64,000 nucleotides of DNA from Bdellovibrionales bacterium (GTDB taxonomy: Bacteria > Bdellovibrionota > Bdellovibrionia > Bdellovibrionales > JAMPXM01). A program made the translations under genes and the position numbers. This document shows, one piece after another, positions 29,455 to 40,522 of the stretch. Each line of letters opens with the position of its first letter. Position 1 is the first letter of the stretch. Where the stretch lies: the NCBI GenBank assembly GCA_043739185.1, contig JAYUEN010000506.1:15682-79681 (forward strand). Direction: 5' to 3'. The notes beneath the pieces are model-generated. The model was given only the letters and a program-made list of their open reading frames with translations, was not told the DNA's origin and made no database searches.

Positions 29455-29511
29455 CTAACATAGGGTGGGAAACTAGAACAATAACAAATGAAACTCAGAC
29501 TCTGGCTTGGT

Positions 29512-29868
29512 TTAGTAGCCCAGGGCCGTTAAATTATCGATTACCGATTGGATTTTTGCAGATGTAATTGTCATCGGAGTATCCGTCAATGAACTCGTCG
29601 ATACAGCCCGGGCCTCACAATTGATGCCGGGATACTTTGACTGAAAAGACTGCGCCATTGATTTGCAGTCTTTGGCACTTGCATCTGAACTCATGTATTT
29701 GCATTTGATTACGACACTATTATAGTCGTCGACAACCTGAGATCCGCACGGGCCACTCAGAAAATTGCTGACTGGGTCAAGATTCGCACTATCAGAGCCA
29801 CTTTTTCCGCAAGCAGAAAGATTGAAGGCGAGCGCTAAAAAAAGGATGCTGAGAACAGACGATTTCAT
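29512..29868 (-). CDS. Small lipoprotein
   Basis: Lipobox LSAC; GGGAG RBS. Confidence 0.75.
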   Translation of the reverse strand: MKSSVLSILFLALAFNLSACGKSGSDSANLDPVSNFLSGPCGSQVVDDYNSVVIKCKYMSSDASAKDCKSMAQSFQSKYPGINCEARAVSTSSLTDTPMTITSAKIQSVIDNLTALGY

Positions 29869-30000
29869 TGGGATCTCCCGGTAAAAATTATTTCGCTATT
29901 TTAAAGAATGCTCATACCACACTATTGGTGCGCTGCGCCATTTTACTTTTAACTATGAACTTATTTCATACTTAGAAAACTTCAGATTTTGAGGATTCTA

Positions 30001-30029
30001 TTGCCCGTCCGAACGCCGCGTGCTACACC
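30001..30029 (+). promoter_or_regulatory. Putative sigma70 promoter of rpsB operon
   Basis: TTGCCC-N17-TACACC with extended TG. Confidence 0.5.
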
Positions 30030-30063
30030 AAGCGCCTGGGCAAATTTTATTTGTTCAAATTCG

Positions 30064-30160
30064 CACACTTCCCGCGTTTTGGTCCCCTTTTAAAATGGGG
30101 TATTGGGGTCTTAAAAACTCTTTTTAAGAACTCACGGTAGAGGTGGAGGCAAACCATAAC
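30064..30160 (+). promoter_or_regulatory. rpsB 5' leader (S2 autoregulatory RNA-like)
   Basis: CACAC...GTGGAGGC framing with internal hairpins, in a long 5' UTR, as in known rpsB leaders. Confidence 0.55.
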
Positions 30161-30201
30161 CGCCATGATTTTATTGTCTTGGCAAAGAAAGAGAGACGCC
30201 T

Positions 30202-31143
30202 ATGGCTCAAGTTACGATGAAAGAAATGCTCGACGCCGGAGTCCACTTCGGACACCAAACTCAAAGATGGAATCCAAAAATGAAGCCTTATGTGTATACC
30301 GCGCGCGGCGGAATTCACATTATCGATCTTCAAAAATCAGTTGCCAATGCAAAGAAAGCTGCTGATTTCGTAAAATCAGTAGCTGCCAATGGCGGCCGCA
30401 TGATTTTCGTTGGAACTAAAAAGCAAGCTGTCGAGCCCATTCAAGAAGCCGCTAAGAAATGTGGTCAATTTCATGTGACTAAGCGCTGGCTTGGCGGAAT
30501 GCTCACAAACTTTACAACAATTAAAGAATCAATTGATCGTCTTCGTAAAATTGATCAAATGCGCGAAAAAGGCGAGCTTGATTATTTTTCCAAAAAAGAA
30601 CGCGCAGGCATTGAAAAAGACTACTTACGTTTGACTGAATATCTTGATGGTATCCGTGATATGAAAGAGTCTCCATCGGTAATGTTCGTTGTTGATCTCA
30701 ATAAAGAGCATATTGCGGTTCTAGAAGCCCGCCGATTGAACATTCCAATCGTTGCGATTGTTGACACCAATGTAGATCCTGAACTTATTGATTTCCCAAT
30801 TCCAGGGAATGATGACGCCATTCGCTCCATCAAATTATTCTCGCAACTTGTTGCTGATTCTTTTATCGAAGGCGCTGAAGAATATGAGCAGAAGCTTCGC
30901 AGTTCTTCTGATAAAGGTAGCGATCTTGAAAAGGAAGCGAAACCACAAGCAAAAGAAGTTCGCCCAAGACGCGCGGCTCCTGCTGCTGCGGCTACTGCAA
31001 AAGAAGAAGCTAAGAAACCACAAGGTCCTACGGTTGTTAAAGCAAATAAGACCCGCAAACTTGTTGCTGCAGGCTTGGCAGATGTAGTTGAGATTGAAAA
31101 AGAACTTGAAGAAGAAGCGAACTCTCAACCTAAAGACGAATAG
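30202..31143 (+). CDS. rpsB: 30S ribosomal protein S2 with long C-terminal extension
   Basis: [28 protein letters not shown]. Confidence 0.98.
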   Translation: MAQVTMKEMLDAGVHFGHQTQRWNPKMKPYVYTARGGIHIIDLQKSVANAKKAADFVKSVAANGGRMIFVGTKKQAVEPIQEAAKKCGQFHVTKRWLGGMLTNFTTIKESIDRLRKIDQMREKGELDYFSKKERAGIEKDYLRLTEYLDGIRDMKESPSVMFVVDLNKEHIAVLEARRLNIPIVAIVDTNVDPELIDFPIPGNDDAIRSIKLFSQLVADSFIEGAEEYEQKLRSSSDKGSDLEKEAKPQAKEVRPRRAAPAAAATAKEEAKKPQGPTVVKANKTRKLVAAGLADVVEIEKELEEEANSQPKDE

Positions 31144-31199
31144 TTAAAATTTTTTGCTATATTTTTTTAATTTAATTTCTTAAAAAGTGAGATTTATAT

Positions 31200-31853
31200 A
31201 TGGCCGTATCTGCTACTATGGTGAAGGATTTACGAGAAAAAACAAGTGCGGGAATGCTCGATTGCAAAAAAGCACTTGAAGAAACTCAAGGCGATTTTGA
31301 AAAGGCGATTGATTGGCTCAGACAAAAAGGTTTGAGCAATGCAGGCAAAAAAGCAGGCCGCATCGCTTCTGAAGGCATTGTTGAAGCCTATATTCATGGC
31401 GAAGGTCGAATTGGAGTTCTACTTGAAGTGAATTCCGAAACTGATTTCGTGGCTCGCAATCCTGGCTTTAGAGATTTTGTCAAAAATGTTGCTCTTCATA
31501 TCGCGGCCACCAATCCGATTGCTGTTTCTCCCGAAGAAGTTCCTTCAGAGGTTGTTGAACGTGAGCGCCAGGTATTAATGGCAAAGGCACGTGAGCAAGG
31601 TAAAAAAGAAGAAATGCTCGGTAAAATCGTAGATGGCCAAATCAAAAAGTTTTTCGCTGAAAGCTGCTTGCTCGAGCAGGCCTATGTTAAAAATCCTGAT
31701 TTGACTATTGGCAATTATTTGAAAGAAACCATCGCTAAAATTGGCGAGAATATCGTTATTCGTCGCTTTGTGCGTTTCGAACTAGGTGAAGGCTTAGCTA
31801 AAAAGAGCGAGGATTTCGCAGCTGAAGTTGCCGCCCAAGTAAAAAAAGGTTGA
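31200..31853 (+). CDS. tsf: Elongation factor Ts (short form)
   Basis: LREKTSAGMLDCKKAL, NSETDFVA. Confidence 0.98.
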   Translation: MAVSATMVKDLREKTSAGMLDCKKALEETQGDFEKAIDWLRQKGLSNAGKKAGRIASEGIVEAYIHGEGRIGVLLEVNSETDFVARNPGFRDFVKNVALHIAATNPIAVSPEEVPSEVVERERQVLMAKAREQGKKEEMLGKIVDGQIKKFFAESCLLEQAYVKNPDLTIGNYLKETIAKIGENIVIRRFVRFELGEGLAKKSEDFAAEVAAQVKKG

Positions 31854-32573
<720 letters not shown>

Positions 32574-32590
32574 CAGCGAGGTATTGAATC

Positions 32591-33148
32591 ATGATTAATG
32601 AAATGAAAAATAGTGCAAAGGCTGGAATGGAAAAGGCGTTGGCATCACTGGCTGCAGAACTTAAAAAAGTTCGCACCGGTAGAGCGCAAGTTTCTATGCT
32701 TGATAATATTAAAGTGAATTACTACGGAACGCTTACTCCTCTGAATCAAGTGAGTGCCGTCTCAACTCCAGACGCAAAAAGCTTTTTAATTGCGCCTTGG
32801 GAAGCTCCGATGCTTAAAGAAATTGAGGCATCAATTACTAAAAGTGACCTCGGCATGGCTCCGATTAATGACGGAAAAGTAATTCGCTTAAAACTCCCAG
32901 ATTTGACTGAGCAGCGCCGAAAAGAGCTCGTAAAAAACACCAAAAAAGTTGTAGAAGATGCCAAAGTTGCTGTACGCATGGCTCGTCGAGATGCCAACGA
33001 ATTTGCCAAAAAGGCGCTAAAAGATAAATCTATGAGTGAAGATGATAATAAACGCGCTCAAGATGATATTCAAAAAATGACTGACCAATATATTGAAAAA
33101 GTTGATAAGTTGGCAGCTGAAAAAGAAAAAGAAATCATGACTATATGA
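32591..33148 (+). CDS. frr: Ribosome recycling factor
   Basis: RTGRA, LTEQRRKEL, KEKEIM. Confidence 0.98.
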   Translation: MINEMKNSAKAGMEKALASLAAELKKVRTGRAQVSMLDNIKVNYYGTLTPLNQVSAVSTPDAKSFLIAPWEAPMLKEIEASITKSDLGMAPINDGKVIRLKLPDLTEQRRKELVKNTKKVVEDAKVAVRMARRDANEFAKKALKDKSMSEDDNKRAQDDIQKMTDQYIEKVDKLAAEKEKEIMTI

Positions 33149-33921
33149 GTTCGAGTGATCATTCGACTTCTCAATTGAAACATCTTGCCATCATCATGGA
33201 TGGCAATGGCCGCTGGGCGAAGAACCGTGGGCTCGATCGTGCCTATGGTCACGTTAGAGGGGCGCGTGTTGCTAAAAGGATTATTGAGAGTGCTGCCAAT
33301 CGCGAAATTAAATTTTTAACATTGTATGCGTTTAGCACTGAAAATTGGTTGCGTCCGCTTCAAGAAGTTAATTTTTTGATGCGACTTCTTGCCAGGCATT
33401 TGAAAAAAGAACGTCAGTCTTTGATTAAAAATAATATCCGCTTTCAGACGATTGGTGATTTAAGTAAATTGCCAGAGCTTGTTCAAACTGAAGTGCGCGA
33501 AACGATTATTGCGACCTCAACTTGCACGGGCATGAATTTAATTTTTGCTTTGAGTTACGGCGGCAGGCAAGAACTGACCGAAGCCTTTAAGGGTCTGGCA
33601 CTTCGATTGCAAAAAAAAGAAATCAATATTCAAGATATAAACGAGAAATTTGTTCAAGAACATCTTTCTACTGCTCAATTCCCTGATCCGGATTTGATCA
33701 TTCGAACCAGCGGCGAATATCGACTATCGAACTTTCTCCTATGGCAATCCGCTTATAGTGAGCTCTATTTTACGCCGACACTTTGGCCGGATTTTAAAGA
33801 ACGCGACTTGCAGACTGCCATTGATTTTTATAACAGTCGCGAGAGACGCTTTGGAAAAGTTAATTTTCATTGTGAGTCTAAGCCACGCGCCATCCTTGAA
33901 AACCAAGCCGAACAATTGTGA
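33145..33921 (+). CDS. uppS: Undecaprenyl diphosphate synthase
   Basis: HLAIIMDGNGRWA, FSTENW, RTSGEYRLSNF. Confidence 0.97.
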   Translation: MSSSDHSTSQLKHLAIIMDGNGRWAKNRGLDRAYGHVRGARVAKRIIESAANREIKFLTLYAFSTENWLRPLQEVNFLMRLLARHLKKERQSLIKNNIRFQTIGDLSKLPELVQTEVRETIIATSTCTGMNLIFALSYGGRQELTEAFKGLALRLQKKEINIQDINEKFVQEHLSTAQFPDPDLIIRTSGEYRLSNFLLWQSAYSELYFTPTLWPDFKERDLQTAIDFYNSRERRFGKVNFHCESKPRAILENQAEQL

Positions 33922-34742
33922 TCATTCGAAGCCTCTCTGCTCTCACTGCCATTCTCATACTTGTAGCCGCCTATATTTTTTTTCATGAGAAAGGCTTGAT
34001 GGCGATTTGCTCATTGATCGCACTGGCAGGAATTTTCGAATATTCTCGCCTTAGTTTTAAACCTCAGAAAGCGCCAAATTATATTCAAGCGGCCTTTCTT
34101 ATTCTCAGTACTATTATTTATTTTGTAGTTTTGGATCAGGCTTTATTCTCGCATTTACTAATTGCTTTGAGTTCTTGTGTTTTCTTAGCAATTCCACTTT
34201 TACGTGTCACAAAGAAGGAAGATCTCAATACCACATTGCAGGTCCAAATGGCTGGACTTATGGGTTTTGTATATGTTGCTTTGTTTCCGGCCCTGGTTGT
34301 CAAAACTTTGCAATTTGAAAACGGACTCAATTGGTTTTTGTGTTTGCTTTCAATTGTTTTTGCCGGCGATACCTTTGCTTATTTGTTCGGTAAAGCTCTC
34401 GGCAAGAATAAACTTCTCGAGGCGGTTTCTCCTAAAAAGACGCTTCAAGGTTCGGCAGGTGGCCTGGTCGGCTCGATTTGTGCCGGCTGCTTATTTCAGT
34501 ATTTTTGGATTCATGAGATTCCGCTTTATCTGATGATTTTGCTTGCCGTCGTCACTGGGGTCTTTGCCCAAATCGGAGATCTTTTTGAATCCTTACTTAA
34601 GAGAATCGCCGATGTAAAAGACTCTGGCTCCATTATGCCTGGGCACGGAGGGATACTCGATCGCGTTGATGGAGTCTATTTCGCAGCTCCGGTTTTTTAT
34701 ATCATCGTTTTTTTCATTACCCAAATGCGAGTTCTTGGTTAA
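33918..34742 (+). CDS. cdsA: Phosphatidate cytidylyltransferase
   Basis: SPKKT, GDLFES..KR..DVKDSG..PGHGGILDRVD. Confidence 0.96.
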   Translation: MIIRSLSALTAILILVAAYIFFHEKGLMAICSLIALAGIFEYSRLSFKPQKAPNYIQAAFLILSTIIYFVVLDQALFSHLLIALSSCVFLAIPLLRVTKKEDLNTTLQVQMAGLMGFVYVALFPALVVKTLQFENGLNWFLCLLSIVFAGDTFAYLFGKALGKNKLLEAVSPKKTLQGSAGGLVGSICAGCLFQYFWIHEIPLYLMILLAVVTGVFAQIGDLFESLLKRIADVKDSGSIMPGHGGILDRVDGVYFAAPVFYIIVFFITQMRVLG

Positions 34743-34905
34743 AATTCAAAAGTGTCCCATTCTGTGACACTCTCAAATCATTTTATTTTTCTTAAATTGA
34801 TAAGTGATTAGATTACATGTGTAAATATTCTACTCACTGGTTTCTACCAGGACAAATCCGGGGATGACAATTTCTTGCATCATCAATTCCAAAGAGGGGT
34901 GCAAA

Positions 34906-36132
34906 ATGAAAAGCGATACTAGGAAACGGACTTTACAGATTAAGAATGTCATCTTACTCAAAGTACTTTTGATCAGTTTTGCATTTTTCTTTAGTTTTCA
35001 AAATTGCGACAGCGGTGCACCTCCGGCAAATAAAGTCACCGTACAGTCATACCCTGACCCCGCGCCAAGTATTCAAATAAATATTGTTTGTCCTTTGAGT
35101 GTAGTCGCCAATATTTCGAATTCTTGTTCTGCGACTGCAACGGGTACTCTGCAATCTGGCTATTGGACAATCAACGGAACCAAACAAGCCAATCCACCAG
35201 GCGTTGTTCTTCCTGCAAGTTTTGCGTTTTCTCAACCTATCGGCAGCTATACTATTCAAGCAGTGGGACTCGATGCACAAAACAATTCTTTTTATAGTAA
35301 CTCTCAAATTGTTCAGGTAAATGCGGCGGCAGCAGCTTCGGTTAGCATCAGTTGCCCAAGCGCTACTGTGAGCATGGGTCTTTCTTTGGCTTGTACGGCA
35401 GTAACAACTGGAGCAATTAGTTCTGGCTATTGGACTCTTGATGGCGTCAAAATTTTAGGTAGCGATAATCAGTTAGCCTTTAATTATAGCCCACCAAGTT
35501 CTGGGAATCACATTCTACGTGGCGTCGTTCAAGATGCTCAGAGCAATATATATTTTAGCAATCAATTGACCATTAATACGCCTGTCGCTTCGGCGGGAAC
35601 ACTTGCCATTACTTGTCCGGCAAGTGTCCAAGCGCCAGCGGACGGACTGTGTAGTGCTGTTGCAAGTGTTACGCTCACCTCAATTTCTTGGACAGTCAAC
35701 AGCGGTATTCCAGAAGTCGGAAGCATTGTAACACCCCTGCAACATACTTGGACTTCTCCTCCAGCTGGCACTTATTCAATCCAAGCGGTAGCCTTAGATT
35801 CTTCGGGAAAGTCAATTGCAAGCAATAGACAAACAGTAACTGTAATTCCACAAGCTTCGCCTTCCATTTCAATTTCTTGTCCTACCAGCGTTGCGGTCAA
35901 TACAATGGCATCTTGTACAGCTTCTGCAAATGCTTCAAGTATCTTAAACTTATCACAGCCCTATTATTGGACGGTCAATGGCACTCAGGACAGTGCGCAC
36001 ATTTCAACCTTTAATCCGAGCTGGTCGATAACGCCGGCAATGAGCGGAATGCAGTATACCATTCAGTTTGTGGGTTTCGATTTGGCCGGTAACTTTATAA
36101 AAAGTAATGCGATTGTGGTGAACGTCCATTGA
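34906..36132 (+). CDS. FQNC-motif exported protein with four tandem Ig-like repeats
   Basis: FSFQNC; four I.CP.S...C.A...WT repeats; GAGGGG RBS before ATG 34906. Confidence 0.75.
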   Translation: MKSDTRKRTLQIKNVILLKVLLISFAFFFSFQNCDSGAPPANKVTVQSYPDPAPSIQINIVCPLSVVANISNSCSATATGTLQSGYWTINGTKQANPPGVVLPASFAFSQPIGSYTIQAVGLDAQNNSFYSNSQIVQVNAAAAASVSISCPSATVSMGLSLACTAVTTGAISSGYWTLDGVKILGSDNQLAFNYSPPSSGNHILRGVVQDAQSNIYFSNQLTINTPVASAGTLAITCPASVQAPADGLCSAVASVTLTSISWTVNSGIPEVGSIVTPLQHTWTSPPAGTYSIQAVALDSSGKSIASNRQTVTVIPQASPSISISCPTSVAVNTMASCTASANASSILNLSQPYYWTVNGTQDSAHISTFNPSWSITPAMSGMQYTIQFVGFDLAGNFIKSNAIVVNVH

Positions 36133-36361
36133 GGTTTGAAAAATTACTGACCTGTTTGGCATATCTCGCGACAAGTTACGAAGGAAATCTTTTCAGAACG
36201 AGCCATTTTGGCGCATCGCTCTTGGCTAGAAATTTGACACAGGTCTACTGGCCGGGCTGTAAACTCGACCAAAATGAATGCGCCTGCTTTTTTAACTTAA
36301 AGAACCTATTTGAAATAAAAAGTTCTGGTACTGAGAGCCCAAGAGTTCTAAAATAAAACCT

Positions 36362-38065
36362 ATGAATATACTCCATACTCTTCTCAATAAAGTCCAAGGT
36401 GTTTTTGAAGCTTCTATTCCAACTGTTGTGCTGTTGGGCATACTCATTTTTGTCCATGAGTTGGGACACTTTTTAGTTGCTAAGTATAATAAGGTTCGCG
36501 TTGAAACCTTTAGCTTGGGATTCGGGCCCAAGCTCTTAAAATACAAATGGGGCGAGACCACATATTGTTTGTCTCTTATTCCACTTGGCGGCTATGTCAA
36601 AATGTTTGGCGACGACCCCACGGCGGTGATTTCAGAAGAAGATAAACAGTTTTCATTCACCCATAAAAAATTAAAACAAAAAACAGCCGTGGTTTTGGCT
36701 GGGCCCTTGATGAATTTCTTTTTTGCGATTCTGATTTATACGGTCATGGCTGTTTACGGCGAGCAAGCTGTAAGTCCTGTCGTCGGTGATCTCGAAAGCG
36801 GAAGTGCGGCGGCACAAGCCGGCTTCAAAGCAGGCGATACTATTTTAAGCGTATCTGAAACTCCTATCAAAACTTGGGAAGAGCTGGATCAGAAGATTGA
36901 GGAAAATGGCGGACAAAAGTTAAAGTTCGATTTGATTCGCGAAGGAACTTCTGAAAAAACCAGTATTGAAGTCATGCCGCAAACAGTTTCAAATAAGAAT
37001 ATTTTGAGCTGGGACGATAAAGTTGGAGAAGTTTCGGGATTGAGCTTTTTCTCGAGAGTTAGCTTTGTCGGCATCTCATCTACAAAAAGTATTGCCTACC
37101 TCGCCGGTATGCGAACGGGTGATTTGATCGTCGAAGTGCAGGGGCAAAAAATAGATAAATGGCGCAGTCTTTTAATGCAAGTAGAGGCCGCTCGCACGCA
37201 AGAAAAAATTGAAATTAAAGTTCAGCATGATGCCGCCTGGGGTGCCTCGGACAAAGAGGCGCCAACGACTAAAATCAGCATTGATGTTCCAAAGAGTTTA
37301 GCATCGCAAACCGGAAGTGCCATTCTTGAAGAATTAGGAATTGAGTCCCCCGAAGTATTTTTGGCGGAACTTGAAAAAGATTCACCAGCGTTTAAAGCAG
37401 GAATGCAAAGAGGCGACAAAATCCTTTCAATTGATGGCAAAGAGGTTAAAAGCTTTGATGCCATTGCGAAATCAATTCAATCCTTTTCAGCAGAGAAGTC
37501 GAAGGCTCTCAACATTGTAGTCAGTCGTGAAGGTCAAGTGGTTAAAATTCCCGTACAGCCAACTTTGAGAGAGCGCTCATCTGTGCCAGGCAAAGAAGAA
37601 ATTCGCTATGAAATAGGAATCAAACCCCTCATTTCAACAACGCAGACAACATTTATTTTGTCTGCTGGCAATCCATATGAAGCCATTAAGCGAGGAATGT
37701 CCCTTACTATTAAATGGACAGGTGCAACGGTTTTGAGTTTTGTTCGCTTAGCTCAAGCAAGAATATCTCCTAAAAATATTGGTGGCTTCTTTTCAATAGG
37801 TATGATGGCCAAACGCTCTTGGCAAATTGGTTTCTCGCAATTTTTGAGTACCATGGGAATATTATCTTTGAATTTATTTATTTTAAATTTATTGCCGATC
37901 CCAGTATTAGACGGCGGTCATCTTTTATTTTATACGATTGAGTTCGTTCAAGGTGCACCTCTGTCACTTAAACGCATGGAGATGGCGCAACAAGTGGGAA
38001 TGCTTTTGCTCCTCGGATTAATGGTTTTTGCGATGTTTAACGATATCACACGACTTTTGTCTTAA
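36362..38065 (+). CDS. rseP: RIP metalloprotease RseP with multiple PDZ domains
   Basis: HELGH, GGYV, AGPLMN, NLLPIPVLDGG. Confidence 0.96.
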   Translation: MNILHTLLNKVQGVFEASIPTVVLLGILIFVHELGHFLVAKYNKVRVETFSLGFGPKLLKYKWGETTYCLSLIPLGGYVKMFGDDPTAVISEEDKQFSFTHKKLKQKTAVVLAGPLMNFFFAILIYTVMAVYGEQAVSPVVGDLESGSAAAQAGFKAGDTILSVSETPIKTWEELDQKIEENGGQKLKFDLIREGTSEKTSIEVMPQTVSNKNILSWDDKVGEVSGLSFFSRVSFVGISSTKSIAYLAGMRTGDLIVEVQGQKIDKWRSLLMQVEAARTQEKIEIKVQHDAAWGASDKEAPTTKISIDVPKSLASQTGSAILEELGIESPEVFLAELEKDSPAFKAGMQRGDKILSIDGKEVKSFDAIAKSIQSFSAEKSKALNIVVSREGQVVKIPVQPTLRERSSVPGKEEIRYEIGIKPLISTTQTTFILSAGNPYEAIKRGMSLTIKWTGATVLSFVRLAQARISPKNIGGFFSIGMMAKRSWQIGFSQFLSTMGILSLNLFILNLLPIPVLDGGHLLFYTIEFVQGAPLSLKRMEMAQQVGMLLLLGLMVFAMFNDITRLLS

Positions 38066-38763
38066 TGCTTACTTTGGCCTTTGACACTTCTACATCGTTT
38101 GGAAGTGTCGTTTTATTCGAAAATCAAAAAATTCTTTTTGAAAAATCTTGGTTTCGTGAAAAGTCTCATTCTGAGATGTTGACCGACGCGATTGCGAGTG
38201 CCTTTCGATCCAGTTTGAAAAAGCCCGCAGATCTGCGCCGCATATGCGTGGGCATTGGTCCAGGAAGCTTTACTGGCATACGGGTAAGCGTAAACGTGGC
38301 GAGAAGCCTTGCTTATGGGCTCAATTTAAAAGTCATCTGCCTAGACCTTTTTGATCTGCTTGCTTTAAGCAACGAGCCCCAGAATACCGAGCAGCCAAAG
38401 CTCTTGGGGCTTGTCGATGCTTTTAATAATGAAATATTCTGCGCCTCCTTCGAAAAAAACAAAGGGGTCTGGAACAAAATTTCAATGTCTCAATCTAAGA
38501 CATTGAACCAATTGGCTCAGGATATTCACTCTCCCCACCTATGTGTAGGCGAAGCCTATAATCAATATGAAGCTTATTTTTCAAGTGAACTGAAAAAATA
38601 TTTGATTCGAGAACCTCATGTTCATCACTTTCCACAACTAAAGAACCTCGCCTTTAAGTCTGAATTTCTCGAAGCTCACGGCTCGCCCTTGGCCTGGAAT
38701 CAGGTACAGGCCCTTTATATTAAAGCCTCAGCTGCCGAAGAGAAGTTGAAGGAATCCAAGTAG
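38065..38763 (+). CDS. tsaB: tRNA threonylcarbamoyladenosine biosynthesis protein TsaB
   Basis: LAFDTS, HSE, GPGSFTGIR. Confidence 0.92.
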   Translation: MLTLAFDTSTSFGSVVLFENQKILFEKSWFREKSHSEMLTDAIASAFRSSLKKPADLRRICVGIGPGSFTGIRVSVNVARSLAYGLNLKVICLDLFDLLALSNEPQNTEQPKLLGLVDAFNNEIFCASFEKNKGVWNKISMSQSKTLNQLAQDIHSPHLCVGEAYNQYEAYFSSELKKYLIREPHVHHFPQLKNLAFKSEFLEAHGSPLAWNQVQALYIKASAAEEKLKESK

Positions 38764-38797
38764 ATTTGTGATCATTATTGAATGGGGCAATTTTTAA

Positions 38798-39763
38798 GTG
38801 AAGTTTAAATCTTTAGATCATATACATTCAAAGAAATTTTTGAACCCGGCTGGTAAGCTTGTTATCGCCACTGGTGGCGGAAAAGGCGGAATTGGCAAAA
38901 GCTTCATCAGTTCGAGCCTCGCCATTTCACTTGCTCGCATAGGTAAAAAAGTAACGCTCATCGATCTCGATTTAGGAAGCGCAAACCTTCACACATTTTT
39001 GGGAGTCAAAGTCCCAAGTCATTGCATTTCAGATTTTATTTCTGGGGCCGTGCCCGATCTAAATGACATTTCTGTAAAAACCGAAATTGACGGACTTCGT
39101 TTTATCAGTGGCTTCAATGATTCGCTTAATATTGCGGATCTTGGAATTGATGCCCGAGAAAAATTGAAGCGAGCAATTCAAACTCTTTCAACTCCGTTTG
39201 TGGTTTTAGATCTTGGCGCAGGAACTTCTGAAAATACTCTCGATTTTTTCTTGAGTGCGGACCAAAAAATAGTTGCTGTTGTTCCAGAACCTACGAGCAT
39301 TGAAAATGCTTATCGCTTTATCAAAACTGCCTATTATCGGAAGTTGAAAGAGGCGGAATCAAATCTTGGGATTACCAAATTAATTGAAGCCGCAATGGAT
39401 AATAGAAACCAACTTGGAATCAAATCGCCTTCTGATCTTATTCATTATATTTCTAAAATTGACCCGGTTGCTGGGGCACGATTAGTTGCGAAAATATCAG
39501 ATTTACATATAGAATTGGTTTTGAATCAGGTACGATCGAGAAATGATATCGAACTTGGCAATTCGATTAAATCTGTTTGTCGCAAATATTTTGGAATTGA
39601 AGCATATTTTGCTGGATACATTGAGTTTGATAATGCCGTTTGGCAATCGCTCAGAAAGAAAAGGCCACTTCTTCTTGAGCACCCATATAGCAATATCGTC
39701 AGTCAGTTTATGGAGATTACTAAAAATATTATTCACGCTAAAAATGTGAAAGTTGCTATCTAA
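38798..39763 (+). CDS. MinD/FlhG-like P-loop ATPase
   Basis: GGKGGIGKS, DLDLGSANL, DLGAG, PEPTSIENAY. Confidence 0.85.
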   Translation: MKFKSLDHIHSKKFLNPAGKLVIATGGGKGGIGKSFISSSLAISLARIGKKVTLIDLDLGSANLHTFLGVKVPSHCISDFISGAVPDLNDISVKTEIDGLRFISGFNDSLNIADLGIDAREKLKRAIQTLSTPFVVLDLGAGTSENTLDFFLSADQKIVAVVPEPTSIENAYRFIKTAYYRKLKEAESNLGITKLIEAAMDNRNQLGIKSPSDLIHYISKIDPVAGARLVAKISDLHIELVLNQVRSRNDIELGNSIKSVCRKYFGIEAYFAGYIEFDNAVWQSLRKKRPLLLEHPYSNIVSQFMEITKNIIHAKNVKVAI

Positions 39764-40522
39764 ATGATTGGGCGAAAAGATACCACTAATTACTATGAGA
39801 TTCTTGAGGTTCGGACAGACTCTGCCCAAACCGAAATCTACCGCGCCTATCAGCGTGCGAAGGCCACCTACTCACAAGAAAATCCCGCGCTCTACAGCAT
39901 GTTTTCTCCTGAAGAAAGCAACGAGCTTTTGAAGTTAATTGAAGAGGCCTATTCGGTATTAAGCAATGCTGCTCTCCGAAGAAACTATGATGATAATTTA
40001 GCCTCGAGCCGTGCCGGAATTGAAAATAATATTGCAAATTTCATTCGCGATTCGGGCGGACCCGGTCACGTTGCCACTGAACCTATGAAATCTAATTATT
40101 CTCAAAATACAAAAGCCGAAGTTGAAGATCCTTCGAAATTTCAGACTCTCGAAATGAATGACGACTACATCATTCGTCGCAAGGGAAGCGGCACTCAACT
40201 CCCAGAAGGTTTCGGTAAAACCTCACTTTCAACTTTTAAAATCGACGCCGAAAAAGAAGAGGCCATTTCTAAAGTTGAAAATATGGATGGTGCTTTTTTA
40301 AAAATGGTTCGTGAATATAAAAATTTGAGCATTGAGAGAATTAGCGATGCCACTCGCATCAGTCGAACTTATTTGATGGCGGTTGAAGCCAATGACTATC
40401 GCGAACTACCAGCTCCAGTTTTCGTTCGCGGCTTTATTGTACAGATGGCAAGACTTCTCAATCTAGATGAAAACAAAGTCGCCAATTCCTATCTTCAAAT
40501 TTATAAATCCAACAAAAAGTAA
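39764..40522 (+). CDS. Degenerate J-domain plus RodZ-type helix-turn-helix protein
   Basis: NYYEILEV..EI..AY and IEEAYSVLS (no HPD); C-terminal TRIS..YL.AVE..LPAPVFVRGF. Confidence 0.8.
   Translation: MIGRKDTTNYYEILEVRTDSAQTEIYRAYQRAKATYSQENPALYSMFSPEESNELLKLIEEAYSVLSNAALRRNYDDNLASSRAGIENNIANFIRDSGGPGHVATEPMKSNYSQNTKAEVEDPSKFQTLEMNDDYIIRRKGSGTQLPEGFGKTSLSTFKIDAEKEEAISKVENMDGAFLKMVREYKNLSIERISDATRISRTYLMAVEANDYRELPAPVFVRGFIVQMARLLNLDENKVANSYLQIYKSNKK

Noticed and set aside
30621..31128. Antisense ORFs over rpsB, and similar short shadow ORFs across the window
   Set aside because: Opposite-strand or alternate-frame shadows of well-supported genes
31200..31853. Short EF-Ts as a possible truncation
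   Set aside because: A short EF-Ts form of about 200 aa is established in several phyla, and the motifs are intact
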